Assembly: GCF_000150275.1 (NCBI RefSeq)
Contig: NW_002060945.1
Span: 4,327,397 to 4,391,396 of the forward strand
DNA length: 64,000 bases
From: Trichoplax adhaerens
Taxonomy: Eukaryota > Animalia > Placozoa
Reading direction: 5' to 3'
Below are positions 40,901 to 54,634 of this stretch, piece by piece; within the stretch, counting starts at the first letter, position 1, and each line of letters opens with the position of its first letter. The notes under the pieces are model-generated. The model was not told the origin of the DNA. It did not search any database and worked only from the letters and a program-made list of their open reading frames with translations. The position numbers and the translations under genes are program-made.

Positions 40901-43026
40901 GGTCAATCATTGGACAGTTTCGATGACGACGCAAGCCCTAGCGAATATGTCAACATTTCAAAAAATAGTAGTTCACCAACATACAACAATGCTATAGCAC
41001 ATTATTCTGCTAAGGGAAATAAATTAAATATAGAAAAGAATAATAGCAATGAATTTAAAAGGTAAATTAAAATTAAATGGATGGTTCTATACATTTGGTA
41101 CGTTCGCAATAAAGAAATTCTATTTTACTTTCAGTATAAAGCCACAGAGTAAAGAAAGAGCGGCTGATGATCGCTATGCTAGCGATAATCGGAATGACGA
41201 TCGATCACAAGGGACAGAACGTAATCTGATTGCAAAAATTTAACTAATTTAACGATATAATTTGGGCAAAATTGGTGGAGTTACTAATTAATTAAATCCA
41301 CTGCTAAAATTTTTTATTAAGCTTGATGTAAGCTTCCAATTGAATGATAATCCCAATTTATTTTATAGAAGACACTACTGACTCTGGAAATCAGTGGAAA
41401 CACCAAAACAGCAGCGTGCGGCATATTAAACTACGTAAGTAACTCTTCTATTATAGTCCTCAACTCGTTTGCCATTTACATATGCATTATAGCATCGAAA
41501 GCAATACTTAAATATTATATACGCTATCATTTTAGAATTTTCCAGTCCTAGATTACGATTTTCATGTGCAGTCTATTTTGCTGAACACTTTCGACAACTA
41601 CGAAAAATGGTACTTCCTGGAGGAGAGGAAAAGTAAGATTTGAAGTTGCAATGATTTAGTTCCGTGAAAGTAGCGGATATTAGAACATCGTTCGATCTTT
41701 AAATTTAAATTAAATAATTTAATAAATGTCGCATACCCATGAATTGACAGCCCAGTATTCGAAACCCGTTTTTGCTAAGATTGTCAACTTGAATTTAGGT
41801 ATATTCGTTCGCTATCTCATTGTTTCTTTTGGTCGGCTAGTGGCGGTAAATCTAGGTCACTATTTTGTAAGACCTATGGTAAGTATTTCACTAGAAGTGT
41901 CGCTACTCGGTAATACTTTAACGTCTTATTAATACACTGCGCATCATTGCTAAATTTATAGATGATCGTTTCGTACTTAAAGAAATTAAACGGCGTGAAA
42001 TGAAATCCTTCCTAGAGTTTGGTCCGGATTATTTTAACTACATATCGAAAGCTTGCAAGAATAAAGTATAACTCATGAAGTCGTTTTTGCTCTAGTGATT
42101 TTGTAACCTAAATATTACAACTGAAATACTTGTATCTTAGACTCCATCTGTCATTGCAAAAATAATTGGCGTGTATACTATCGAATTTAAGAATTTTTTG
42201 ACCAATGAGCAAGTCAAATTGGACATTTGTGTAATGGAGAATTTATTTTACCGCCGTAATTTATCACAAGTTAGTCTACATATGTTTTAAGATTTTGCTC
42301 TAAAGTGAGACATAAATATTATTACTTATTATTCTAGTCCATGAAGGGAGTGAAATATGTCTTTAGTGTGTTTTTTAATTGAATAATAGATATTTGACTT
42401 GAAAGGCTCTATGAGAAGTCGCTACGTATCGACCGATCGAAAAGAAACTGTTGTTCTGCTTGATAAAAATTTTATCGAATGTAATACTGTACTGTTAAAT
42501 TCCCAATACATGTATTGTATGTAGTACTTAACTTCTCATTTTAATGTTAACTTTTATAATTTTAACTTAGATACCGATAAATCGCCGCTTTATATGAGAG
42601 ACCATGATAAAAATGTGCTACTACAGGCAGTGGTTAATGATACGGCCTTATTGGAAAGATCATATATAATGGATTATTCTTTATTAGTTGGAATTGACAA
42701 GACGAATTCACAAATCGTTGTGGGCATAATAGGTAGTTTTAAAGTTATTTTATGAGATAAGATATATTAAATGACTTTATAATTGAACTTCCATGAGCAT
42801 GCTTATATTAATGTACATTATAGATTATTTGAGAACATACACGTGGGATAAAAAAATCGAATTTGCGGTTAAATCAAGTGGAATATTAGGCGGTCAAGGT
42901 GAAAAGCCAACAGTTTTATCACCTGCGGAGTATCGAGCTCGATTTTGTGCTGCTATGGATAAGTATTTCTTAATTGTTCACAATAGATGGTCACACCTAG
43001 TTAATGGTAATATCATCAACTCGTAA
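31914..43026 (+). CDS. PIKFYVE: 1-phosphatidylinositol-3-phosphate 5-kinase PIKfyve/Fab1, multi-exon
   Basis: FYVE finger (WMPDEKCTECYEC..RRRHHCRCCGRIFC), DEP-like segment, CCT/TCP-1 apical-like domain (DKMDIRQYVKVKK, PDLIIVEKTVS, FEGCNPEFGCSVILRG), Cys-rich SFGKFLE region, and PIPK domain (DDRFVLK, DLKGS, MDYSLLVG, IIDYLRTYTWDKK, PTVLSPAEYRARF). Start ATG at 31914 is inferred. Confidence 0.93.
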
Positions 43027-44179
43027 TTAATTATGGCATTAATACGAGATAAAGGATTTTTAAGAACATAATCTACGATGTTATAAAATTATCAGTTATT
43101 AATTATCCTGTAGAGGCTACGAATTCACGAATTAAAATTACAGTTTTTGTTTAAGAATACAGTTACGAGAGGAATGATCTAGTTAGTTTTAGACCTTAGG
43201 ACCTTGAAATCCAGTCACAGTGTTTATCGAATAAAGGTCGAAAATTTACTAAACAGTATGAAAGCAAAATTAAAAGAAAGTTTACCAATTTCATAGAAAA
43301 CTGGTGTTGATAGATCGATCATATCATTTAAGATAATATATTTACAAGTATACGTATTGATGTATAAAGTCAATCTGCCTCTTCATGTACTATTATAGCG
43401 AATAATTAATAAACTTTAAAAGATATGTTTTGTTAATAGCAATTCGATCGTACATCATCATTCTTTTAGACTTGCTTCGCATAAATGATTTTCATGGTAA
43501 TTCGAGCAGAACTTAATATGTGTATATCGCTTGATATATAAAAACTGACTAAAACTATTCAAGTACTTAATTTCAATGACATGAATTTTAATGTTGAGTA
43601 AAACAAACTCTTACATCTTCATCGTAACAGATGAAAGGTAAAACTTTGTTATACGCCTAAATCGCGCATATTGCTTATTAAAACTGCGAAATGTAGTGCC
43701 TTTTGGATAACAACACTTCTAGTTTACTGCAGCAATATTGTAATAGAAAATCACAAAATAGCGGCAACGATGATTATGGGATGAATAATCATCCAAAATA
43801 GCAAAATAATCGAATGCGATATAACTATGCCATACTTTAAAGATACATACGTAGTGGCATTGCACCAGAATTAGATCGTATATAAAGACATTTAGTATTG
43901 GTGCTGTTTTAAAGTAACAGCAATAACATACAGTAAATAGTCATCTGAGATCATAATATGGTAACCAAATCGATATTACCACAGTATATAATGTGAGATA
44001 CAGTAAATTAGTATCAGAACTAGACTCCGCAATAATTTGACTCACTAATAGCATTAATTCCTACATTAGAGTCAAAATGGCAGTAACAATAAGCAACGAA
44101 CTATCATTTAAACCAATTAGATACACTGTACTATACCTGCACTATGCAGATAATTAATAATATATAAAGATATAAATAG

Positions 44180-44297
44180 AATGTAGCTATTCTACTATAT
44201 TTGGCATATCCAAATAGAGACATGTTAAACTGATCATAATGTAGCTATTCTACTATATTCGGCATATCTAAATAGAGACATGTTAAACTAATCATAA
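44180..44297. repeat. 58-bp tandem duplication
   Basis: AATGTAGCTATTCTACTATATT(T/C)GGCATATC(C/T)AAATAGAGACATGTTAAACT(G/A)ATCAT occurs twice with 3 mismatches. Confidence 0.9.
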
Positions 44298-45512
44298 ATC
44301 TAGATCAGACTATAAGGATTGGCGTCAAAAATATTACCGTAATAAAGTAATAGCGATAGCAAGAGACATTTAATAATGGAAAATTGTAATTATGAGGTTA
44401 AATTTACTTCACATAACAAACTAAGATCAAATACGAGGTTATACTCTATGCGAAGTAGAGCGACCAGTTGCTGAGTGTATAGTAGTGATTACTATATATC
44501 CTATACAGTATAAATAGAGATAGATATATCCCAAATACTGTTACCTCAGAACTAGATCAGATAATAGGAAGGTTTAGTATATATATTACGTTAATAATCA
44601 TTGCTTAATTATTGAAATGTATATCACTCGCTATCCTTTAAAATTCCTAAGTATAATGAGAATTATGTAAAACAAATTACTCCTCGCAGGTACTCATTTG
44701 ACGATAAAATACAAAGTCTTTATTTAAGTTTAATTTACCCACCAGATTAATTTAAGGTGTTAAAGTTACTAATTTTAGAATAATATTACTTCTCTAACAG
44801 CTTAATAACTTAATAATTCTAATTTTCTATTAACATAGATAACTTTATGATATAGCCAGAAGACCGAAATCATCACGAATATGACAACTGAATAAGAGAA
44901 GAATTCCAAATTTCGCCATTAATATATACCACAACACCTTCGGCCACGTAAGGTAGGCATAATTAAAATTAATTCTATCCAATTATTTATTATAATAAAT
45001 TATTATCACTATAATATCAACATGATTATGTCCTCTAAACTTAAATATTAAAGAATAATAGAATAGCTAAATCGAAAAATCACTGTGACATATATACTAA
45101 ATTAATGGAATGATTACACAGTAAATATAATGTTGGAGAATATACAACATTAAGAAGAGTTAATGTTATAAGTATAGTATACATTAGTGAGTAAATCAAG
45201 ATTAGTGAATCAAGCTATATAGATCAGCCATCACGCATGTGTAACAGATTAGGGCTATTACACTATAATTTCATAATATGATGTTATAACGCCAGCTTAG
45301 AATAGTAGAATTTTATCTTATGATCAATTTCTGCCACTAAGTAGAGCATGTAAGTGCCGGATTTACTTTTAAAGGTAAACAGAAGTGTTACCATCATGAA
45401 TGCCTAAGCTACTAACTTAGTTTGTTCATTGCACCAGATATTACTAAACGATGCCTTGCCATCACTTGAAGTTTCATTTCGATATGTTATCTTTAACTAA
45501 CTAAATCTAAAT

Positions 45513-46607
45513 CTATGGTAGGCTAGAAATCCTATCGTTGGTTGATTGATTTCGATTCGTGTAAGTGGCTGTTAAACTGGATGGTTGTAAACTTCTTTGC
45601 CTTGAAGAATGATGATAATGAAAACATGACAAGAACAGATTGCGAAAGTGAGGGTTAAAAATACAATATATTGCTGGGCTGAAAAATGCAGTAGCAGGTA
45701 ATAGGATTCTTCCAAACGGTATTATAAATTGCACATATGCGTTGGTATTTTGATTTTTCAGTATCTCCACAGAATTTTGCCCGATAGTAATAGTAAGCAA
45801 TACAGTAAATATCCATGGTAATGTTAAAATTATAAATATTACGGAAATAGTCACCCACATGATGACAGTTCTAGTAATTAAATGGCGATCACATATAGTA
45901 TCATTCAGCCTCGTTACAATATTTGAATGTCGAAAATGTTGGAAAAATATTAGAACATACATTGCTAGTATAAATAAAGTTGGAACAAAATAAAAGATAG
46001 AGATGAAAAGTATATAATATATTGTTAAGAAATATGTTAATTTGTTGAAAGATACGCAGGCGGATTGAATACTACCTGCTGTAATTGCAAAAGGAAAGCT
46101 GACAACCAGACCAAGCAACCATACTAATATAGAGTAATTCTGAATTCTATGTATGGTTAATGAATGATTCGATCTAAGGATAACTTTACAATGTTCAATA
46201 CTGGCTAAAACCAACGTAAGCATAAAAGCTACGTAAGACCAATACGTAGGAAAGATAACAAATATTTTGCATAAAAACCCGTAGATGAACAGGTTTACAT
46301 TTGCTCGAGGCCCAATTAAAGCAATTAGTGTAGAAATGACTATACTTAACGCTAGCATAATATTACTAAATGAAATATTTACCATTAGACGATAGTGTGG
46401 TTGACTTAACACCTTTCTACCGTAGACTGCTTGAATAATTGCAATATGTACTGCAATTAAAAGTAATAAAAAGAAAAGTGTTATGTAAGAATTAGATGAA
46501 TATATATTAGACACATTGCCAAAATGACTTAAATTGACACCGTTAAGACTATAATTTGAGTGATTCTTGTTATTTGTTATATTTTCAATTTCATCCATAG
46601 CTCGCAT
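45513..46607 (-). CDS. Intronless rhodopsin-like (class A) orphan GPCR
   Basis: Long ORF with 7 hydrophobic segments, N-terminal N-glycosylation sequons, TM3 Cys (LCKI), EHC in place of DRY, TM4 W and SPAIY in place of NPxxY. The ORF track starts at TTG; the first ATGs are at 46607 and 46598. Confidence 0.9.
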   Translation of the reverse strand: MRAMDEIENITNNKNHSNYSLNGVNLSHFGNVSNIYSSNSYITLFFLLLLIAVHIAIIQAVYGRKVLSQPHYRLMVNISFSNIMLALSIVISTLIALIGPRANVNLFIYGFLCKIFVIFPTYWSYVAFMLTLVLASIEHCKVILRSNHSLTIHRIQNYSILVWLLGLVVSFPFAITAGSIQSACVSFNKLTYFLTIYYILFISIFYFVPTLFILAMYVLIFFQHFRHSNIVTRLNDTICDRHLITRTVIMWVTISVIFIILTLPWIFTVLLTITIGQNSVEILKNQNTNAYVQFIIPFGRILLPATAFFSPAIYCIFNPHFRNLFLSCFHYHHSSRQRSLQPSSLTATYTNRNQSTNDRISSLP

Positions 46608-49600
46608 CCACTTAAGCAATATTGTATATTCCTAAAGAAAATTCGGCTTTCCTCGATATCAGTCTAGAGAGATCAATAAAGTATTAATAAAATGTTGATA
46701 ATCATTAGAATATTTAATGAAACTACTTACAATTAAATCGATTAGAAGAAAGATTTTCATCAAAATCATGTCTGTAAAATACTATTCTTTAAATTTTTCG
46801 TAATAATAGTAGCTTAAAAATATCATCACAAGGGAGGCATTCTAGATTTTACAATTCTAATTTATTTTGCTCATATTATTATTCATGAAAAAAATTAATG
46901 ATACGTAAAATTTAGGCATTTGAAATGATTAGACAATTATACTGAACTTAGCCGAAAAATGCATATCATAAAACTTCGTGATTTATTGATCATGATTAAT
47001 GTTAGAGGAAATTAATTTTACCTACAAATTTTTACGCACGCGGTATTCTATGAAAGCAGCATTGGATACAGTATATGAAGCTTCTTTCAAAATCATCTAA
47101 CTAAAATGCCTCTTTAGACCACCATATGGTAAAACGTTGAAACTTTGTGCTAAATCTATTTGTAGCGATAAAATTTATTTCAAATTCCCTAATACCACAA
47201 TCTGTAAATATGTAAAATTATTAAATATTATTATATACGCTATAACTTAAAGAATTCTATGACGTAAACTCGCTAAATATCGGTCAATTTATATGATTGC
47301 TATATAGAAATGTGACAATAGAGGCGTTGGTGTTATTTACGGAAGGACCATTAACACTTTAACAGATCCGATAGGAAGTTTAACAATACCACACAGCCGT
47401 CTAGACCATCTAGGTATTCAACATAAAGTAAATAACTCTAAAAATACCTAAATATCTTTGACTGTGAATACACTTAAAACATTACGATAAAAATATATCA
47501 TTATTTACGATGATTTATATTTATTGTACAATACTTTTTACCACTTAATCAAATTTTATTTAACTAACAGTAGATAAGACTTATTCAGAGCAATATTCGT
47601 ATAACAATTGCGAGACTATAAGAAAAATCCATTTTGACAAAATTAATGCATTTTACTACTAGATAGATTATATTTGCGATGATCATATAGAGTAGCTATA
47701 GCATTAAAACACCTCTGATCGTTCGTTATATGGCATCCATTTTTTACGCTTTACCTCGAACTTAAATTTCACGATACTAAATATTCACTTTTTATTTTAT
47801 ATCAACACTAATCAGTAAATAATTACTACAAAAATGCTACGAAGTTGACATTTGTAAAGAATTTTAATAAAATCTATGCTAGCAAATAATTTCTTATAGT
47901 TATCCATTACGCATTTTTGATGAAAAATCTGTCAACTTTATATAGTTATATCATATTTAAAACTGACTAGATACTACAGGCTGAAAAAAGAAAATTTTCG
48001 ATCCTAGTTTTAATATAAGTATTCATTAATTGATGCAATCCTGTGTATGCACTTATAGGCGCGCATACCTTTAACAGAAAATGTACCTATCAATAACACG
48101 TGTATTTAACCAAATACTATTCAAATATGTGCAGGAATAACCTTACAAACTGCACTTTTGAATGATACCGGTATTATAAATTGGAACAATTTTTATGCCG
48201 TCACAAAGCGGTCTATTGATAAAAATTATCGCATAATACTAACCCAAAAAATCAAAATAGTATCTCATGCTATCGTACAAGTAATTAGACTACTTAATGA
48301 AATAATAAATATAATCCAGAATTTTATTGAATCGTTCATTCATATGATTATGGTAGATATCGATTTTAAGTATCATGTTGATTATCGATTAATTATTACA
48401 GAATTTACTATAGTTGTTCATAAATAATGGACTTGTTACTAAAATGACATTGGCGAATACGTTTTTAAAACTGATCTTTCTTTCAGCCTTTTAAGCCTTG
48501 TACGAATATCCTCAAGACAGAATACTAACAATAAATAAATTTATACCATTATTAACCATTTGACGTCAATATAATAATTTACAGACGTAAGATGACGACT
48601 AAGAAGATAGAGGAATAGACAGTATAGATAGACAATAGTAAGCATTACGGAGACAAATAATAAAATCCACCGCCAATATTATGATCGCAATAGTATTGAT
48701 CATTTATCTATTTAAAAATCAAATCAATTCTATATTAATTCATTTCTTAAGCTATTTCTAGTAACTTGATCATGATTGAATTAGTGAAAATTTTGTTGCC
48801 ATAGTTATGGTGTAAATAAACTCAAATCAAACCTTCTGGTATTATAAACTTAAAAATTTCCTGAAGTAAACAACAAGTTATTTGTAATTTAACGTCAATA
48901 AAAAAGATTTAGTGTTACATGAAGAGAACCTATAGTTGACCAATAATTTCGGTTTAGTTTGATATATTTATATCCCTCCTAAGAGTCACAGATTAATCCA
49001 CTAGATTTTCTATTTAATTGAATTGAGTAAAAAATATTAAAACTTAGGGTAAGGCTATCATATTTAGGATCAATTACTATTTTCATCGATAGAATAAAGC
49101 ATTCAACACTAATTGAGATGTAAATTATAGATGATTGAATCAATTGTATTATACTCACTACTTCTAAATTAGCCTCAATTAACATCTCTATCTGCATATT
49201 TAACTTAACTGGTTGTAACATAGGATTGATGATGAAGAGTGACTATGGTTTCTCGAATTAATATTCAACTGTAACTATTCTATTTATTGAAACCGTCATA
49301 GAATTGACTGAATTAATAGATAAAATTGATTTAATAATTCTGCTAATCCTTTATTGAATTAATAGTGTGGTATCCTTTACAGATTTAATCCAGGTGTGCA
49401 AAAAATCTGTTTATGACCTTGACATTAGTATTACAATATATTGATTGCCTTAAGACCATGTAATTTCAAATTAGCACTAATAGCTATTCATCTTATCCAC
49501 TGAAATGATGTTTTGATGACAATTTTAGAGCTTTGTTATCATATTTTTAATATGAACAGCTAAGTGCCTAGCTTTTGTTCGCTAAGAAAGGTGGATAATT

Positions 49601-50873
49601 TGCGTATTCTAATTCATTTTTGGTATCATAAATAAAATTTTCAGTTGTGTCATCGTAGTAAAAGCCTAATATTGAGAATTTAGTATTTCAATCATTAGTA
49701 CTGCACGAAATTAGCAATTCACAATATCGCTACATCCCCGGTAGTAACATGTGATATGTTAACTCTAGTCATCCTACGTGAATATTTCATACTCGTTGTA
49801 ACATTGCAATGCTCTGAGATATCGTCACAGTTACATAAAATTTATCAATAAGAATACTTTCTAGATAATCGAACTTGTTATTTTATGAATATAGCATAAC
49901 TTGTACAGTATCGATTGAAAGATTCTATAAGCATACGAGCATAAAAGAAACATTTACGATCTTTCAAGTGTAAGTAAATTTTTAATGTGGACAAGCAATG
50001 TTAATTGAAATAACGTCTGCTGTACAAATTACTGAGATAGACAAAATAATGTACTCGTATGTACTTTAAAAAATAATCCTTTAAGTAAATCTCTTTCACC
50101 ACTAGAGCAACGTATATTTGCCTGTATGCTATAAAATATAACATCAATTTCAATGATACATAAATTTCGGTGGTCAGCGATAAGAATAACTTAGCATTTA
50201 ATCTCACCTGTCATTTATTTAAATATTTTTACTTCCACTGTGCTAATGTGCAACGATTTGATCCTGATAAATCAATCTAATTCTGCAATAATCCAGGTTT
50301 AAAACGATTTTTACTTTCCCTTCCTCTATATCGTTAGCAGGCTAGACCTTTGCATACAGTTCAGTAATGAACTATTCTTAACATGAATGTAGACATATTG
50401 TAATTTTTTAATTCTTAAATAAAAACGTTATTGTTTACAAGATAAAAATAATGTAAACAGACATTACCTTGATCTAGCCGAATATCGTATCTATTTGGTG
50501 ACGATGGTAGCATAATGGCTATTCTTATCACGTATGTCGATTGCAAATAGATAGTGTAGCAAATATAATATATCCTGAATGATCAATTCTTTTTGTGTAT
50601 TCTTTTATTCATGACGACTATGCAATAAAAATGAATTATTTGTGGTTAAATTTTGATAGACTCAACTTTTTGCTTAACTCTTGATTCGGCTAACACCATC
50701 GACGGTCATTTATTAAAACAACTATCATTGAGTAAAGAATAATATTCATCATCGATAACTAGTGCGATAGACAAATAAAACTTGAATTAATCTGTTTACC
50801 TCCGAATAGAATACAATACCAGGATATCTAATCTATTCTAAAATCAACTGAATATGATTGATCGGCTTCTAGG

Positions 50874-50910
<37 letters not shown>
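50874..50910. repeat. (TTGA)9 microsatellite
   Basis: Direct reading of ttgattgattga... Confidence 0.95.
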
Positions 50911-53530
50911 ATAAATTAATTAAAGTGCTGGTCAAGTACAATACTAGCATAAATATCGATAAAATTTGACGAAGATGATAGCTCATATCAAAATGAAGGC
51001 AATCAAAAGTGATTTATAGCATAAGAGTAATACCGTAAAAATGCTTAAATTCGTGTAGAATAGAGCAGCTATGTTAAGCATAGCAAAGTTGTAGACACTT
51101 TCCCCAGTAAAGAATAGCGAAGGAGTTAAAGTTATTTATAAGACAGTTCCTTGTCTCTACCCTTACTTGTGGTAAAGATTTGCAGTTAACTCTAGTGCAG
51201 TCACGATAGTTCGGGCTACTTCCCAAGTATTTTCAGTCTCTATATGAACGATTTATGAGAACTCAATTCTTCTTGACTGACCGAGTATTAATTAATTGCT
51301 ACACTTTTCTTAACGTTACAACTCCTGCATGCTTTCTTAAGCAAATGTTACTTTAGTTTTATAACCACACAGGCTTAAACAGATTAATACAATTTCTATA
51401 GTGAATTTCAGTTTTAAGTGGCGTAAATACAAATTTTACAAGTTATGTAAATTAGTGTTTTATATCCAATTACTAAACAGAAACGAGTAGGGAGACATTT
51501 TGGAACTTAGGGTATTGAAATACTCATGCTCCGTCCAAATATAGTTCAATTGACTTAGAGCTTAGCACACTGAAACTAAATTCCTAAAATGGACGCATAA
51601 AATTCTAAGTACTGCTAGGTTTGGTTATCGTCAACAAGGTGGCGAGCAATGAACTAGTTATATATATATATGATTATTTAATTGATAACGCAATATCATG
51701 ACATTCTCATATAAACATAAACAATTTCAACAATGAAAAATTCAATTTAAAAGTTCCTTTTACGGTACATAATTGCGTACCATGCGTGAGATAAAAGGTC
51801 TCTTCAGTTGTTAGCTTATTTCCGTAATAGACAGGTACCAAAGAAATTTAAGTTCAAGACTTTGATGTTACGTTGTTTGCTCACAGACTTATTTGTGACG
51901 AGTAGTAACCTTCAAAATACTGCAAATATCAAGATAGGAGATAGCAAGCAACGGTCTTTACGTCATTTTTAGATACTTCACTTGTCGAAAACAACAATGT
52001 AGAATTAAATGCAATAGTTACCATGATAGTCAAAGAGTATATAGTGGCAAAGGATTATAAGTAGTAAAGAAAAACTATAGGCGCTTTCAATGACCAGACA
52101 CGACGGTCTTTGTATAATTACAACACAATCTTAATGTACAACGTACGTATGTTAATGTAGAGGATTTAATCTACTTAATATAATTATAAATTACCGAGTA
52201 TGAATTAGCTCTAGAGTATGTTAAGGGGTTCCAAAGTCGTATATCATGGATCCTTGATTAATCCGTGATGAGTATTACGAACACTAACCGATCACTTCAT
52301 TCTATTCACAAAAGCTACAGCATAATATAATAAAAGTTCTTAATTTTGACTTATAAATAATAACTATCAATAAGACACACCGTTAAATCATGTTCATTCT
52401 CCTAATATTAAGATAATATCATGGTATAAATTTACCAACGTAGCTCCCTACTGATGAAAATCATAGGATCTATAACACTATCTTTTAATCATATGAGTAA
52501 ACTAAATATCTTTCCTCAATAGCTATCTTATGATTTCGAGCTCGTTACTCTATTCTAAACTGAACGACAGTGATTTATTTACTAGGTCGTTCACGTATCT
52601 AAACATACTCTGAAATGATTCTGCTAAATTATAGTGAAGTATTGGAGTAACCGTAAAATTTTGCTTTGATTATAAAAAAATTATAAATTCTGATGCGAAA
52701 CGAATAGATTATGATTATTACTACTTATACAGGGGTATCACAAATAAGTATGCAATCATTATCATAGTTAGTGATTTTATAATTAGTGGATACAGCTTGG
52801 ATTATCAAATACTGCTATGTGTTCAAACACTCATCACTAATGTATAATTTATCAAAAGAAATAAATTAGAGTGTTGATCGGAATAATTGGTTAATTTAAA
52901 ATGAGACAATTAATCCACATGTGGAGTTGCACGCTTATGCTACACATGAGTAAACTTTCTATAATGAAATAGATAAATAGAGTTTAAGCGAAAAATCCGA
53001 ATGTAGTTATAACTTGTGAAATATTAGACTGTGTCAATACAGTAATAGTGAAAATTATATAAAGTATAATAACTGAAAGTAGAACTTAGTGGTTTTAATC
53101 AATAAACATGATAGTCGTCATAGTAAGAAAAAAAGTCTTCTTTAATTTCTTAAAGAGAATTCACTCACTTAATCTTTATAGTAATCTATACAAGTGGCAT
53201 CAAATCAATTACTGTGAAGTTTTCATTTATATGAATAACATATTAATATTCGTTAGCTTTCGACATACTCAATCCTAGATCCTAGTTAATTATGAAGTTA
53301 CCGACGACTATTACATTGACTGTATACGGTAAAAATGAAGTCTGAACATCATTATTATGAATCGCATATCAACGTAGCAAAATATATGCATATAGGTTGA
53401 TAGTATTAAAGATAAGCGCTCGTAATCTTGCAATAGTACCTATGCATATCTACATAGGTTTGCTTTCATATATATATTATATACGCACTTTATAATTATC
53501 AATCATTTTAAAACTAATAATATCCCATTT

Positions 53531-54634
53531 TCAGCCTTGCTGCTTGAGTACAATTTTTCGACGTTGATATTCCAATGCGTTTTGCGAGCTACTAACTACA
53601 ATTGGCTTAAATTTTACTTTCGACGTTGAATTTCCATCAATATTGCTATTGTGTACAGCATTAGATCGCGAACAACAACATGGGAAAAATAATTGCCGAA
53701 TTTGTTGATTATAAATGCAATAAATGATAGGATTATAAATCGACGAGATAGGTATTGAAATTCTCGCTAACGTGGCTAATAGCATGAGTAGTACATTTTT
53801 ATCATCTGCTAGTTCGGAAGTAAATCGCCCGGTAACGGAACCAAAAACAAGTGCAGCAGCCCATGGTCCAGTACAGATTAAAAATATAATTGTTGTCAGG
53901 AATAACATGTAAATAGTCTTACGTTTTAATTGCTTACTTCTGATAGATTCATTTCTTGTAATTGAATTTTTACTATTTAATCGACGTAGTATTTTACTAT
54001 ACAGGAAAATCATAATCATAGCAGGAAGAATAAAGTAAGTTACTGCCAAAATCGTATGCCGTATAATCACAAGTGTATTATGCTTGGTATTCATTTCGCA
54101 TTGATAACCAATATTACCAATGGAGTTTATAAATAGACTAGCCAAGGTCAATGATGCTAGCCACGATATTACTACCAATACTCCGACTCTTCTACTAGTT
54201 AACTTTTTATTAGCTTTTAAAATGGCGCGATAGCGCTCGAAGGATATAATCATTAATGTTTGTATTGAACCTGTATAACCTATGTACGTCGGAATCATAA
54301 CGATTTTGCAAAGGGTAGTAAACGGACCTTCTGCCATTTTCAATCTCATAGCAATCATGGTACTTATTACCAGTAGAGCCATGCTAATTGACGTCAAGAT
54401 ATCGCATGCAGATAAATTGGCCATTAAATAATAGGTTGGCTTTCGTAATGATTTCTTTGTAAATGTTCCTACTATGATAATAGTATTTGACGCTATACCA
54501 AAGAAATTCATGGAAAATACAAGGTAAATATTTCTTAAATAAATAACTGTTTGATTGGTGTTCATAACAGATTCCGTTGCTGCAGAAGTTAAATTAGTTG
54601 GACAAATTTGAGTTTTCATTGATTCTATGACCAT
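53531..54634 (-). CDS. Intronless rhodopsin-like (class A) orphan GPCR
   Basis: 367-aa ORF with LRKPTYYLMANLSACD (TM2), LCKI, FERY, TM4 W, CTGPW, YNPIIY and helix-8 IRQLF followed by a Cys cluster. Confidence 0.93.
   Translation of the reverse strand: MVIESMKTQICPTNLTSAATESVMNTNQTVIYLRNIYLVFSMNFFGIASNTIIIVGTFTKKSLRKPTYYLMANLSACDILTSISMALLVISTMIAMRLKMAEGPFTTLCKIVMIPTYIGYTGSIQTLMIISFERYRAILKANKKLTSRRVGVLVVISWLASLTLASLFINSIGNIGYQCEMNTKHNTLVIIRHTILAVTYFILPAMIMIFLYSKILRRLNSKNSITRNESIRSKQLKRKTIYMLFLTTIIFLICTGPWAAALVFGSVTGRFTSELADDKNVLLMLLATLARISIPISSIYNPIIYCIYNQQIRQLFFPCCCSRSNAVHNSNIDGNSTSKVKFKPIVVSSSQNALEYQRRKIVLKQQG

Noticed and set aside
43700-44110. Hydrophobic minus-strand translation as a GPCR pseudogene
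   Set aside because: It has no class A motifs, and the hydrophobicity is explained by T-richness.
49370-49378. U12-type donor GTATCCTTT
   Set aside because: It lies in apparently intergenic DNA with no supporting exon.
53531-54634. Opsin call based on SSIYNPIIY
   Set aside because: Position 7.43 is Pro rather than the retinal-binding Lys.
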